From the IMG/VR virus record IMGVR_UViG_3300043427_001513, positions 5,490 to 69,489 of that record: a stretch of 64,000 nt of DNA. One strand, written 5' to 3'. The stretch's first letter is position 1, and every line of letters begins with the position of its first letter. This document shows, one piece after another, positions 47,890 through 58,495 of this stretch. The notes below the pieces were generated by a model. The model worked only from the letters and a program-made list of their open reading frames with translations, was not told the DNA's origin and made no database searches. Position numbers and translations under genes: made by a program. Source of the DNA: a virus.

Positions 47890-50800
47890 CGCAGAGAATA
47901 TTGAACTTTAGTATTGTTAATCTTTATAGAAAGTCTATTTGGACCACAAACCGTTCTTCTAAGTAGAACACTGTTTGTTGTTTGCCTAAACTTCTTATGC
48001 TGATGAGCAGGTTTTGCATAATCAACATTAGCAAGATTTATTTGACGAATATAACCGTTTGGTTCCGTATTAAAAATTGAAAGTCTTGTATTTGTAAACT
48101 CTCCTCTATCTCTTGTGATGTCCCAGAACTGATTAAACCTAAACTTGTTTTCCTCTTTAGAGTAAAGAATATCTATAAATGACAAGTTTGTTCTAGGATA
48201 AGTAAGAATTAGAGGCGCATTATTCTTGGGAGTAAGATTTAATCTTAACAAACCTGAAATCTGCTCACTATTAAATACAATCGCCTGATCAAAATTGCTA
48301 TCAAGAACGTGATGTGTATCTCTACAATCGTTTTTATACTGGTGTGCTTCAAGTTGGTATTCAAAGCTTCTTACAGTTGAAACGTTTGCTCCTGTAGTAG
48401 ATGTAACCTCAATCTCAAAAGGATAGTCTACACCATAGAAAGTACAGAATCTATCACAAGTTTGATTGTGCTTATAGATCTCATTGTCATAAGTAGTTAA
48501 GAAATGAGAAGTGCTGGGCATTGACAAGTACGGATGCCAATCGTGGAATGATACAAATTCTTTAGTCTTAGTATCAAAACTTAAAGTCCAACTGGCGTCA
48601 TCAAAATAAAGCGGATCACCACCCTTAACAGTAAGCATGTTATCTACAAAGAAGTAGTTGCCTCCGATATATGTAACACGCTCCCTATAGTCTGGCTTTA
48701 CTATGAAGTCTTTCTTACAGAAGTATACAATAGCATCCGTATTATCATAAGTCGTCTGCATACCAACACCATCAACTGGATTATCTACTGCAGTGTAAGT
48801 CGGAAACTGATCGGTAATCTTATATGGCATGTACTCATGTAACCACCATTTCATTCCTGTAGCACCAAGATCAAGGAGCTGTCCTGCAAACAAGAATATT
48901 CTACCTTGATTCTGAGAAGTCCAGAACACACCAGCAGGTGTAGATATAACAGAAAGCCTATCTTGACAACTTCCATATTCATATGTTGTATCAGCATTTA
49001 CAATTCTCTGTGGAGAATTTGCAAATAGACCACCATCACCAATTGTAATCTTAACGTTGTTGTCTGTTTTTAAAGTATCAACACCTCTGAACTGCATTGG
49101 TGGTGCACTATTAAATAAAATAAGAGAACCTGTTTCGTTTATTTCTTTAATAGCAACAACCTTACTTGAGAAGTCATAATAGTTTAAAGGAAGAAAAACC
49201 CTCCAGCCATCTTTCTTAGAAGAACTGGTTTCAGGTAATGAGTAAAGAACTCTATTGTCAACCTTCACATAGCACTCTGAAGATACTGTTGGATCGTAAT
49301 CTTGTGTCTGTAGTGAGCCCCAAGATACAAGCTGACCCCAATACTTATTTACACTAAGAGAATAATCATACTTCCAGAAGTTTCCTACTTTAATTTGAGA
49401 AGGTCTAAACAAGCTGTCAAGATCTGTGTATTCTTTGTGATTATAAAATCTACTAGCTTCTGTGTCCTCGTGATCTCTTTGTGCAAGATTCACTTCAGAC
49501 TCTACCCAAAAATCTCTAATACCTGAGTTAAACAAATAGAAGTATCTATTTTTAACAGCAAGAGAAAGCCCGATTAGATTACATTTTGTGGGATCACCAT
49601 CAAGAGCATAATCGTCATTTGGAAAAGCATTACTAAAATCAAGACGAGCAAGTCCAGAAAAGAACTCTGTAAAATCATACTTCTCACTATTCATCCAGAA
49701 CCAAGGATAAGCAACATTTACATATTGTCTGTAATCAAACTCAGTTCCATCTGGTTGATTCATCATCCAGTTATAGAAGTAGAAGAAAGTATTCTTTTCT
49801 GTATAGCGACCAACATATGTGTCACCACCAAATAAAATATCAGATTTAAAAGTCTGACCCGGTGAAGTAATTGTTACTTTCTGAACGCAGTTTGTAATTG
49901 GTACTTGTCTTATAGTGTAGAGCTGTCCATACTGATTCTCAAGGTTATATTTAAGACCTACGTACAAACTTGATATAGTTGTAGATCTTGTTCTTGTAGG
50001 TTCTTTCCAGTCATTATTTGTACCAATAGTATAGCGACTTGTGTCAACTGTAGTTGGTCTAGCAAGATCTGCAGTAAGCTTTATACCAACGGAATCAGAG
50101 CGATAAAGATTGTTTACTCTCTCTAAAGAAAACTCTTGAATCTGAGGACGAAGATAAACAGAGTCATCAATTAGACGACGTCTGTTACCGTTAGCAACAC
50201 ATAAAAAATCATTATAGTAACCGTGAGACTTATAATGATATGCATACTGTCTGTACGGTAAAATATTTTGAATGATGTCAAGAGTTCTGTTAGCACCATT
50301 AGACATATGATATGCTGTTATCCAAGTAGCATTTACAACTCTAAGAAGAGTTGGAATCTCTTGTGTTTCACTGCTTTCATATGTTCTTTCAGTTGTACTA
50401 CCATTAGTCATTGGAACAACATCCATAGTAGTATTAAAAATCTTCCTTGCACCACGTACAGCAACAGGATATAAAGTACCACCTGTTGCAAACAAATCCG
50501 CAACTCTTACTACATCTCCAACAAGTGCTAATGCACCAGCTAAGATTCCTTCTGCAATACCTTTTGCAATAGATCTACCAGCGGCAGTAGCAGCTCTTGT
50601 TCCAGTTCCAACAGGGGATTCAGAACCTTCGTTTCTTGCTGAAGTATCTGTAACTTTTGTTGTAGTCTTACCATGCATTTGGGTAAGAGTATAACCAAGA
50701 GCTAAAGTAGAAGAAAGAAAGAAAGCAGTATTTCTTAACAACTTATGTTTAGGGTGACCTTCTACAGTATCAAAATTACCAGTACTTAAACCCTTGTACT

Positions 50801-52658
50801 CACCATACACTTTTAACTCAGTTGGAGAGAGAAAGGGATTTTTAAATGATGTGTCTGGAGAATGAAAAGTAAAGGCGTTATCTCTAAACGTACCCATACT
50901 TTTTCCGTTGTGATTTCCAATCTTACAAGCACCATCAGTCTGAACTGTAGAAAGGAAGGGATCAATCCTTAAATCATTATATGGATAGTTTGGGTAAAGA
51001 GACTTTCTTCCATTACTATTAGGAATCTCATACTCACCCATGTTGTTAATGATTCCTTTTGCAACAATAGACTTGTTACCATCTCTTGTAGCTCTTAGGA
51101 TTTCATATCCAACAATACCCGGAATAATGTTTCCTTGATTGTCTACGGGTGGTTTAATATTTTCAAATCTTACACCAAGTACTCTGAGACGATCCTTGTT
51201 ATCATTAATAAGTTTGACACTTGGATCAGTGCACTCTTCTGGAAACTTGTGATGTCTAATAGGTTTACCGCACAATGGTCCCCAAATGTCTGGCCTGTCA
51301 TCAGGATATTGTTCAACAGACTCCCAGTAACCCATTCTTCCTTCTTTGATGATTACGCCACCATCAGGAAGAATACCACCAACAGTTGGTAGAGGTGCTG
51401 CAGTATTATAAACCTGCCAACGTCTTGGAGTACCACTTGAAACAGGAAGAGCATCTGCACCTTGAGTTATCTGTAAATCAGAAGCTGTAGATACACGACC
51501 TGGTATATGATAAGAAGCAGATTTATCACCTGTATTATAGACCCAACGAATGAAGAAAGCATACTGCTCATCTCTAAGATATCCTACAACATTACCACCA
51601 TTATGATAATAGTCAGTAGAATACTCTACAGAAACCCACTTGGTTGTAATGTTATTAGCAATAGGCTGGTAGTTAAAATCAAACTTGCCTGTTGGAGCTA
51701 CTCTAAATAGATATCCATTAGCTTCAAACATTGCTTCTGATTTCTCAAAAGCAGGGTTACTTATAACAAGATTTGCTGTAGGAATTACAGGAAGAGAATT
51801 ATCAAAGTAATCAATAACAACTCTAGAAGTTCTGGTATCGTAATATCCAATTCTTCTACCTTCAGTTTGCTCATTAGCAAAAACAATAAGCGCTAATTCA
51901 AACTGATCAAAACGCTGATCAAGATCTCCGATAGTAACCTCTAAAGAACCTTCACCATTATCATGAGTAAACAAAGACTGAAGATTAGAAACTCCAATGT
52001 AGTCTGTTACTCTTTGCTGATCAATAGTGTATGCAATAAATACTTGATACGTACCGTTTACCAAAGTACCTCCATCTGGAAGTTGATTTAGCTTTACACA
52101 AGGTGCGCTAACAAGTTTGGCTAATCTAAGCTCTTCGCAATCAAGCTCTAAAGGATAGATAAGATCGTAAGTAGTACAATCATTAACTGTTGTAGCAATC
52201 TTTTTAAATGGTGGTTCATCAAGATTCATTGTTCTACTTGGGTTCTTACCATCATCCCAGTATACTTGCGTAGTACAATCAAAGTTACCTTTTGATACGC
52301 CCTTTATAAGATTTTGTGTAGAGAAGGAAAGACAAGGATCATTTACAACAGTAGTGTAAGAACACAGCTTTTCATCAAAGATTCCAATTTCTGAATTTTG
52401 GTTATCTGTAGAATAAATTGCCCAACTACCCTCACCAAGAGATATAGTTCCTATAATTGTATAAGGTGCTGATTGACAGATTGTATTTGCAATCTCACTA
52501 GAAAGAACACCAAGTCTACCATCTTCAGTATTGTGTACAGCATTTCTAGCATGTGTCCATGCACCATCTGGTACTAGACCATATTCACCGTCTTTATATA
52601 AACCTTTGTTAAACGTGTTTAGCTTAACATCTGATGTGCTGTTATCCTGCTTTGCCAT
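47886..52658 (-). CDS. Tail stabilization / muzzle-like protein (1590 aa)
   Basis: FNKGLYKD N-terminus, VYWDDGKNPSR, MGYWES...YP, IRHHKFP, FGGDTYVGR and WTLSF...FVSFHDWHP match crAss-like muzzle proteins; follows two ring genes. Confidence 0.8.
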   Translation of the reverse strand: MAKQDNSTSDVKLNTFNKGLYKDGEYGLVPDGAWTHARNAVHNTEDGRLGVLSSEIANTICQSAPYTIIGTISLGEGSWAIYSTDNQNSEIGIFDEKLCSYTTVVNDPCLSFSTQNLIKGVSKGNFDCTTQVYWDDGKNPSRTMNLDEPPFKKIATTVNDCTTYDLIYPLELDCEELRLAKLVSAPCVKLNQLPDGGTLVNGTYQVFIAYTIDQQRVTDYIGVSNLQSLFTHDNGEGSLEVTIGDLDQRFDQFELALIVFANEQTEGRRIGYYDTRTSRVVIDYFDNSLPVIPTANLVISNPAFEKSEAMFEANGYLFRVAPTGKFDFNYQPIANNITTKWVSVEYSTDYYHNGGNVVGYLRDEQYAFFIRWVYNTGDKSASYHIPGRVSTASDLQITQGADALPVSSGTPRRWQVYNTAAPLPTVGGILPDGGVIIKEGRMGYWESVEQYPDDRPDIWGPLCGKPIRHHKFPEECTDPSVKLINDNKDRLRVLGVRFENIKPPVDNQGNIIPGIVGYEILRATRDGNKSIVAKGIINNMGEYEIPNSNGRKSLYPNYPYNDLRIDPFLSTVQTDGACKIGNHNGKSMGTFRDNAFTFHSPDTSFKNPFLSPTELKVYGEYKGLSTGNFDTVEGHPKHKLLRNTAFFLSSTLALGYTLTQMHGKTTTKVTDTSARNEGSESPVGTGTRAATAAGRSIAKGIAEGILAGALALVGDVVRVADLFATGGTLYPVAVRGARKIFNTTMDVVPMTNGSTTERTYESSETQEIPTLLRVVNATWITAYHMSNGANRTLDIIQNILPYRQYAYHYKSHGYYNDFLCVANGNRRRLIDDSVYLRPQIQEFSLERVNNLYRSDSVGIKLTADLARPTTVDTSRYTIGTNNDWKEPTRTRSTTISSLYVGLKYNLENQYGQLYTIRQVPITNCVQKVTITSPGQTFKSDILFGGDTYVGRYTEKNTFFYFYNWMMNQPDGTEFDYRQYVNVAYPWFWMNSEKYDFTEFFSGLARLDFSNAFPNDDYALDGDPTKCNLIGLSLAVKNRYFYLFNSGIRDFWVESEVNLAQRDHEDTEASRFYNHKEYTDLDSLFRPSQIKVGNFWKYDYSLSVNKYWGQLVSWGSLQTQDYDPTVSSECYVKVDNRVLYSLPETSSSKKDGWRVFLPLNYYDFSSKVVAIKEINETGSLILFNSAPPMQFRGVDTLKTDNNVKITIGDGGLFANSPQRIVNADTTYEYGSCQDRLSVISTPAGVFWTSQNQGRIFLFAGQLLDLGATGMKWWLHEYMPYKITDQFPTYTAVDNPVDGVGMQTTYDNTDAIVYFCKKDFIVKPDYRERVTYIGGNYFFVDNMLTVKGGDPLYFDDASWTLSFDTKTKEFVSFHDWHPYLSMPSTSHFLTTYDNEIYKHNQTCDRFCTFYGVDYPFEIEVTSTTGANVSTVRSFEYQLEAHQYKNDCRDTHHVLDSNFDQAIVFNSEQISGLLRLNLTPKNNAPLILTYPRTNLSFIDILYSKEENKFRFNQFWDITRDRGEFTNTRLSIFNTEPNGYIRQINLANVDYAKPAHQHKKFRQTTNSVLLRRTVCGPNRLSIKINNTKVQYSLR

Positions 52659-52669
52659 AACTCAAAAAA

Positions 52670-53536
52670 TTAGTTTTGTATAACAGGAAAACTCTTGAAC
52701 ATATTTACATACTTGTGGTATTGTGCTTTTCTATTTACCTCCCACAGTTTGCGCATTTCAGCAAAGTCTGGCGTATTAACAATAGACAAAGCATTATTTC
52801 TAGCAGCTCTTAATCTCTGCTCAATAAGTGTCATTTTCTGAACTACGTCTTCTCCGGCAAAGTACATGTTTTCAAGAATGCGCTGCTTAATTGCATATTC
52901 ATAATATTCATTAAGCATAGGATGATCTACAACTAATAGATTACCATCCTCATCTTCCATTGCACCCTGGTAGTTAATGTAAACACTACCGGTTTTAAAA
53001 GGAGTTCTTAAAAACCCATCTTTAATTTCTGCACTATCTGCAGGACCTGTATATTTATTTGGACAGCTAGGATCCAAACTACTTCCAGACTTAATTCTTA
53101 AAGAACCAAAAGTTTTGTAAACTCTGGTTTCAAACTTTGTTTTCTGAATAAGCTGATAGTAGTTACCACAGTCTGTCATACATACAGAACTATCTACCGG
53201 ACAATCATCATCGTTTAATACTACGTCACCTGGATCAAGAATTCTTTCCTCAATCTCTGTACCGCTTAGTATTGGTTCCTTTACTTCATAGGTACCACAC
53301 TGATAAGCAAAGTTAAGAACATAAAAATCAGAAGGAAGCTTGGCTTTATAGTTCTCGATTTCTAGTAAATGCTCTTTTTGAGAGTGTATTCTAAGACCAA
53401 GATCGTAGTTAACTCTTGTAGCAACTTTAATAAGCTGCTGTGGTTCAATCATTCCTTCAAGACTGTAGCTACCAAAGTCTACACTTACATCCTCAAGGAG
53501 CTGATCAAAAGATCTATAGTTAATGTAGCGTGCCAT
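52670..53536 (-). CDS. Tail ring / tubular protein
   Basis: AKLPSDF, FKTGSVYINY and DEDGNLLVVD...YYEYAIK motifs; located just upstream of the muzzle gene. Confidence 0.7.
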   Translation of the reverse strand: MARYINYRSFDQLLEDVSVDFGSYSLEGMIEPQQLIKVATRVNYDLGLRIHSQKEHLLEIENYKAKLPSDFYVLNFAYQCGTYEVKEPILSGTEIEERILDPGDVVLNDDDCPVDSSVCMTDCGNYYQLIQKTKFETRVYKTFGSLRIKSGSSLDPSCPNKYTGPADSAEIKDGFLRTPFKTGSVYINYQGAMEDEDGNLLVVDHPMLNEYYEYAIKQRILENMYFAGEDVVQKMTLIEQRLRAARNNALSIVNTPDFAEMRKLWEVNRKAQYHKYVNMFKSFPVIQN

Positions 53537-54207
53537 TATCTTGCAATGTTCTGTTTATTGTGCTCACCATCTGAAGGATAGCTTGCAGTACTCATGATAT
53601 CTTTTAATACGTTTTGCTCAATCTCTGCAAAGAGAAAGTCAGGGACGTTAAAAGGTTGTGATTGACGAGGGTCACAGTCATCTTTAGGATCGCAGTTCCA
53701 CTTTGTAACATCATCTTCAAAGATGCCCTCTATAAGAATTGCATCCCATGGAATGTTGGGCATATACAAGTAACCATTAAGAAACCAGTAATACTTAGTA
53801 TTGTTATACTTAAAGCTGGTAGTCTTGGTCATAGAAGTATATGTACCAGGGTGTGTAGGTTGCAGCTCAATTGAGGTATCAATAGAACTCACAGTTCTAA
53901 TGATAGGTCCCCAATAACCCTGCATAAAATTTGGAAGCTTTTCCTTAGTGCGCTTAATAGTAATACCACTCTTAATTCCAGAGCAGTGTGCCTCTACCTT
54001 ATCTACATCTATAAGCTCTACAAAAGGTAAAGTCTGAAAAACAGAGTTAAACTTCATCAGCTTATTCTCTGAATCTTGTCTTCTAAGGTACAGCGCTGTG
54101 TACTTGAGTATCAGGCTATAGAGGTATCTATCGGTAATAAAAGCATCTTGCCTTACCGATTTGATTTGATTTCTTACCCTTGATACAACTTCACCTATGG
54201 TTGTCAT
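53536..54207 (-). CDS. Tail ring protein
   Basis: MTTIGEVVSRVR...DAFITDR and KYYWFLNGYLY...GIFEDD motifs; crAss-like tail context. Confidence 0.65.
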   Translation of the reverse strand: MTTIGEVVSRVRNQIKSVRQDAFITDRYLYSLILKYTALYLRRQDSENKLMKFNSVFQTLPFVELIDVDKVEAHCSGIKSGITIKRTKEKLPNFMQGYWGPIIRTVSSIDTSIELQPTHPGTYTSMTKTTSFKYNNTKYYWFLNGYLYMPNIPWDAILIEGIFEDDVTKWNCDPKDDCDPRQSQPFNVPDFLFAEIEQNVLKDIMSTASYPSDGEHNKQNIAR

Positions 54208-54208
54208 G

Positions 54209-54793
54209 TCAATCTATTTTAAACTCGTCATAGTCTTCTATCTGTTGTTCTGCTTTTTTAAGGAAGTATTCCTTCTTTAATATGCTTCGATATAGACTAG
54301 ATATTCTTAAGTCCGGGCTCATAACAACATATCGTTGATATGATTCCGGATACTCTTTTGCCACTGTTCTTTTAAACTGTCTAACTGCTTGAAAAGTCCA
54401 TAACTCTCTATTAGCAAAACGATACTTTTCATAGTAGTTGGTATAAAAGATTTTAGCAATCTTATTATCTGTTTCCCAATTTCTATTCTGTACAGCTACA
54501 CCGTGTTGTGCACTTGCATGAAAGTTGATGTTAGTCTTCTTTGGTGCTGGGCATGTACCAATAAAAAGATGTCCAAGACTTTCTGGAAGTTGAACACCAT
54601 CTCTATTTTCTACAACTGCACGCCAAATCAAACCGTTAAACACTTTAATTATTTTAGAGAACGTCTGTGACTCCATATCTGAATGGTGTGGGTACTTAGC
54701 TTGAAACTCTTTATGAGTCTTAGCGTTGTCAAACGTCAAAGCTGTAGAACGATATCTTGCAGCTTTTAGGTCAGGTACTTTAAACTCTTTCAT
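54209..54793 (-). CDS. IHF/HU-like DNA-binding protein of crAss-like phages
   Basis: FSKIIKVFNGLIWRAVVENRDGVQLPESLGHLFI is an HU-like helix-strand pattern; location upstream of the ring genes. Confidence 0.6.
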   Translation of the reverse strand: MKEFKVPDLKAARYRSTALTFDNAKTHKEFQAKYPHHSDMESQTFSKIIKVFNGLIWRAVVENRDGVQLPESLGHLFIGTCPAPKKTNINFHASAQHGVAVQNRNWETDNKIAKIFYTNYYEKYRFANRELWTFQAVRQFKRTVAKEYPESYQRYVVMSPDLRISSLYRSILKKEYFLKKAEQQIEDYDEFKID

Positions 54794-54804
54794 TTATGTG
54801 GAGT

Positions 54805-54826
54805 ACATTATAATTTACGAAAAAAA
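54805..54826 (-). promoter_or_regulatory. Putative late promoter (GTAAATTA)
   Basis: The - strand reads TTTCGTAAATTATAATG, upstream of the IHF-like gene. Confidence 0.55.
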
Positions 54827-54837
54827 CACCAGCGATA

Positions 54838-56079
54838 CTAGTCTAAAATGCAGACAAGCTCACATATTAAACCTTTATTAGGATCATGGATATCAATTAC
54901 ACCCGCTCTACGGTTTCCAACATACTTATTATGGTAGTGCCAATAGTCCGTTCTAGATAATGAAGGCAGAATCTTTAGCATGAATCCAGTCTGCTCATCT
55001 TCTGTTATGTACTCAATTCTCTTCTTAGTATGAAGGTGTCCTGTATATAGTGTTCTATATACAGTGCAGCCCCAATCATATGAAAACTCAGTAGCATAAA
55101 CAAGCAAAGAATTCTTTGTATTTACATCACCATGTTCAAATGCAAAGAAGTTTGTACCATAAGTAAAGACTTTTCTTTCTTCATACTCAACGTGCCAAAT
55201 AATATCGTCATGTTGTACAGCTTTTGAAAGGGCATGAGCTAAATGATATGAGCTTAGTCTATCATGATTGCCTGGTATATATACAATGTGCAGTGTATCA
55301 CAAAACTCTTTAATATATCCAATAGACCAAAGCAATGCATCGAAAGCTTGCTTATAAGCTTCTGTAGCTTTCATATTGTTGTCTACTGGCGTTCCACTTG
55401 TAGTAGTACCAGTAAACGTATCCATATTTAAAAGATCACCACCAACGACATAATAAACTTGAGAAAGATTTGCAACACTGCTAGCTCTTTCTATAAGATC
55501 TATAACCGCATTTTGAAAGTCTTCTGAAATTTCTTCATTACCTTCTTTACCGAAATGGATATCCTGTAGTGATAACACAGCAGCTGCACTCTCCAAAGCT
55601 TTGTTATTTCTGGTAGCAGACTCAAAACCTTTGTAGGGTTTTGGAGACCAAGTCTTAAGAAAGTTAATAATAGTTTCACTATCTGTAGCTTTAATTCTTG
55701 TTACTAATGCTGATACTACCCACTTGTCAGACTTTTGCTTGTTCCAGTATTGAGACAACTTCCACTTAGTTGTATCAATTTTAAGAGCCGCTATAATCTC
55801 ATCTGGAGACTGCGGCTCATAACTTAATGTTGTTTCTAATCTTGCTTCTCCTTTATCTAAATTATAAGAAGCTTCTATTTTAGAATCATCCGATTTAGAT
55901 AGATTCTTATATGCTGCATAAACAGCGTCCTCATCATCACCCACAATTTGTTTGATAAGAAGAATGTCTCTCTTAAGATCAACATATTCTTCATATGAAA
56001 GTCCTAATCTCTGAGCACTTTCTTCATTAGATCTTTTACCCCTAATAGTAGCTAAAACATCTTTAATTAGTTGTTGCAT
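54838..56079 (-). CDS. Calcineurin-like metallophosphoesterase with an N-terminal HTH-like region
   Basis: DIHFG, GGDLLN, PGNHD, EHGD and GHLH motifs. Confidence 0.88.
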   Translation of the reverse strand: MQQLIKDVLATIRGKRSNEESAQRLGLSYEEYVDLKRDILLIKQIVGDDEDAVYAAYKNLSKSDDSKIEASYNLDKGEARLETTLSYEPQSPDEIIAALKIDTTKWKLSQYWNKQKSDKWVVSALVTRIKATDSETIINFLKTWSPKPYKGFESATRNNKALESAAAVLSLQDIHFGKEGNEEISEDFQNAVIDLIERASSVANLSQVYYVVGGDLLNMDTFTGTTTSGTPVDNNMKATEAYKQAFDALLWSIGYIKEFCDTLHIVYIPGNHDRLSSYHLAHALSKAVQHDDIIWHVEYEERKVFTYGTNFFAFEHGDVNTKNSLLVYATEFSYDWGCTVYRTLYTGHLHTKKRIEYITEDEQTGFMLKILPSLSRTDYWHYHNKYVGNRRAGVIDIHDPNKGLICELVCILD

Positions 56080-56137
56080 AACTTACTGATTTACAGTTGT
56101 ACCAATATAAGGCAATTTGTTTAATGTATTATTAAAT

Positions 56138-56203
56138 CAGAGAAGCCCCGACATTTCTGCCGAGGCTCTCCTTGTCAGCCACGTAAAACCAACAAACCGT
56201 GAC
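56138..56203 (-). terminator. Tandem RNA hairpins (terminator or structured element)
   Basis: The - strand reads GUCACG(loop)CGUGGC, then GGAGAGCCUCGGCA-GAAA-UGUCGGGGCUUCUCU. The G-U pairs work only on the - strand. Confidence 0.55.
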
Positions 56204-56211
56204 TTATTTCT

Positions 56212-56727
56212 TTATGCTGTAGTAGTAAACGCAATGGTTAAAGAACTAAAGCTTGAACTGTTAATTCCCTTTGCTGTTACCTTAACATGATAGTGAGTAG
56301 AGGGTGTAAGATTAATGAACTTATATTTTGTAGCTGTATTTGCTACAGTAACATTCGTCCATGTACCTAGAGCGCCAACTCTAATACTTACTTCATATCC
56401 TGTTACGTTAGATACTGCATCCCATTCAATCTCTGCTTCCGTATCTTTTATAGAGAACGTCTCTACATTATAGGGAGCATGAATTCCATTAGAACCACTA
56501 AGAGCAGCGGCATCAAGGTGTAAAAGAATAAGTTTCTTTAAAGTAACCTCAACACGCTCATTGTGCTCAAGTGGAAAATCCACAAGATCATCACCATTGT
56601 AAAGAACACACTCTGAAGCTATATAATCTTCACAGCGTTCACCACCAGGACATGCACTCGTCCCCAGCTGATAACTAGCTGGGAGCGAGACATGTGAATC
56701 ATTACATCCGCAATTATGACAAGACAT
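56212..56727 (-). CDS. Cys-rich N-terminal region plus fibronectin type III domain protein
   Basis: CEDYIASECVLYNG; APYNV...IEWDAV...GYEVSIR...YKFINLTPSTHYHVKVTA FN3 signature. Confidence 0.8.
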   Translation of the reverse strand: MSCHNCGCNDSHVSLPASYQLGTSACPGGERCEDYIASECVLYNGDDLVDFPLEHNERVEVTLKKLILLHLDAAALSGSNGIHAPYNVETFSIKDTEAEIEWDAVSNVTGYEVSIRVGALGTWTNVTVANTATKYKFINLTPSTHYHVKVTAKGINSSSFSSLTIAFTTTA

Positions 56728-56747
56728 CTTTATTTATAGTTGTTAGA

Positions 56748-58424
56748 TTAAACTTCACAAGAATTACAATCATTAACCTGGTGAGAAATCAACACCGCAT
56801 TCGGGAAGGTACCTACATCAGTAATTGTGTAGCAATATCCTTGATATCCGGCACCAGTAAGAGCAACAACATCATTCAATCCGATTGTAGGATCAGTTGT
56901 TCTTACAGCATTATTAGGTGGTACAGGAGCATTTACAGAATCACAAGGACTTACTTGCCAGTAGTACTCTGTTGCAGAATCTGTAGTAATGTTTGCAGGA
57001 GTACAAACTTGAGGAGTGGCTCCAGGAACAAGAACTGTAATTCTAACCTGATAAGCAACACCCGGACTCAAAGCAGTAAACGTTCCTGTTTGAACACCGT
57101 TGGGTTCATTAATAACGTACATTGTTCCTACAACACTACTGTTTTGCAACAGATCAACTTGGTAACTTACATTAATTCCAAGAACATGCGTAAAGTCCCA
57201 AGTAATTGTAGTTTGAGTTCCATCTAAAGTGAGAGTAGGACAAGTAACTGTACCTGTAAGAGTATAGTTGTAAGCGTTCTCACAAGTAATAGTACCGTCA
57301 GTAAAGCAAGTTTGAATGTTTACAGAAAGTGTAGAACCTTGAGTAAGACTAGTAGTACCAAGAGATAAGGTATAGTTGCTAGAAGTAGAAAGGAGGCTAG
57401 CAACGTTGATGTAATCTGTGTGGACTGCACCAAAGGTGTCTGTGATTTGAAGAATCGCACCAAGAGGGTTACAGCTGAAGAAACCAGAAGGAATAACAGA
57501 ACCAGCAACAGATATAGTAACCGTATCACCGGCACCATTAAGAGAAGGAGCAAAAGCCAAAGTAATATCATTGCAATCTGTTGAGCAGCAGTTATCAATT
57601 ACATTCTGCAATGCAGCTCTCATATCACAAACAGTTAACCAAAGGTTTGTTACAGAGTCTGCAAGATTTGTTACAGGATTTTTCCATCCGGCAATTCCTG
57701 ACATTGTTCCAGTACCGGACTGTCTAGGAAGATTGGTAAGGTTAGCGCATTGATAGCCAGTACTTGTTATAATCTCAAATGCTTCACCAGTTGCTTCTTT
57801 AAGGTCGCAAAGCTGAGCCTCTACAGCAATAAGAACCTCATCCATATCTGTAGGTACAGCAGGAAGTACACACGTTGGCGTTACTTGAGGAAGAGTTGCA
57901 GATCCTAAATTGTTAATCTGAGTTTGAAGACTTGTAATTTGAGTGGTGTGCTGACTAACTGTAGTCTGTAGTGTGGTAATGCTTGTTGCAATTGCACAAA
58001 TCTTAGCACCCAGAAACTCAGCATAAACGTCAACAGCTACCTCAACGGCTCCTAGTTCTGCAATATGACAGTTAGCTACTGTAACGTTAATAGTAGAAGA
58101 ACCACCTCCACCACCAGAACCACCCTCAAGAGTTGTACAACGACCATCTAAAGAACAAAGCTCGTCGATAATAGTTTGTGTAAGCTCTTGAAAATCCTGA
58201 GGAGTTTGTGATGGTGAAAGATTTAGACAAGACAAATCAAGATTGTTAAGATTTGTCTGATCTAAAAGACTGCAAAGTTCTGTAGCAAGTTTATATACTA
58301 CATCAGATACAGAATCTCCTGTGCACAGGTCAATGCAAGGAATGTTCGGTCCTTGCCAAATAATGCAGTTGGATGATACTGGTACACATCCGTCTGTGCT
58401 TCCGCTTGATGCTACTGGAATCAT
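56748..58424 (-). CDS. Cys-rich structural protein with a coiled coil and an FN3 domain
   Basis: 26 Cys counted; SSNCIIWQGP motif homologous to the neighbour's N-terminus; FTALSPGVAYQVRI FN3 signature. Confidence 0.75.
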   Translation of the reverse strand: MIPVASSGSTDGCVPVSSNCIIWQGPNIPCIDLCTGDSVSDVVYKLATELCSLLDQTNLNNLDLSCLNLSPSQTPQDFQELTQTIIDELCSLDGRCTTLEGGSGGGGGSSTINVTVANCHIAELGAVEVAVDVYAEFLGAKICAIATSITTLQTTVSQHTTQITSLQTQINNLGSATLPQVTPTCVLPAVPTDMDEVLIAVEAQLCDLKEATGEAFEIITSTGYQCANLTNLPRQSGTGTMSGIAGWKNPVTNLADSVTNLWLTVCDMRAALQNVIDNCCSTDCNDITLAFAPSLNGAGDTVTISVAGSVIPSGFFSCNPLGAILQITDTFGAVHTDYINVASLLSTSSNYTLSLGTTSLTQGSTLSVNIQTCFTDGTITCENAYNYTLTGTVTCPTLTLDGTQTTITWDFTHVLGINVSYQVDLLQNSSVVGTMYVINEPNGVQTGTFTALSPGVAYQVRITVLVPGATPQVCTPANITTDSATEYYWQVSPCDSVNAPVPPNNAVRTTDPTIGLNDVVALTGAGYQGYCYTITDVGTFPNAVLISHQVNDCNSCEV

Positions 58425-58474
58425 AGTTTATAATAATGTATTGATCAATACTTAGTAAGGACGGCCACACCCCT

Positions 58475-58495
58475 ACACTATAATATACCAATAAT
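58475..58495 (-). promoter_or_regulatory. Putative late promoter (GTATATTA)
   Basis: TAATATAC on the + strand at 58481-58488, directly after the terminator in the - direction. Confidence 0.55.
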
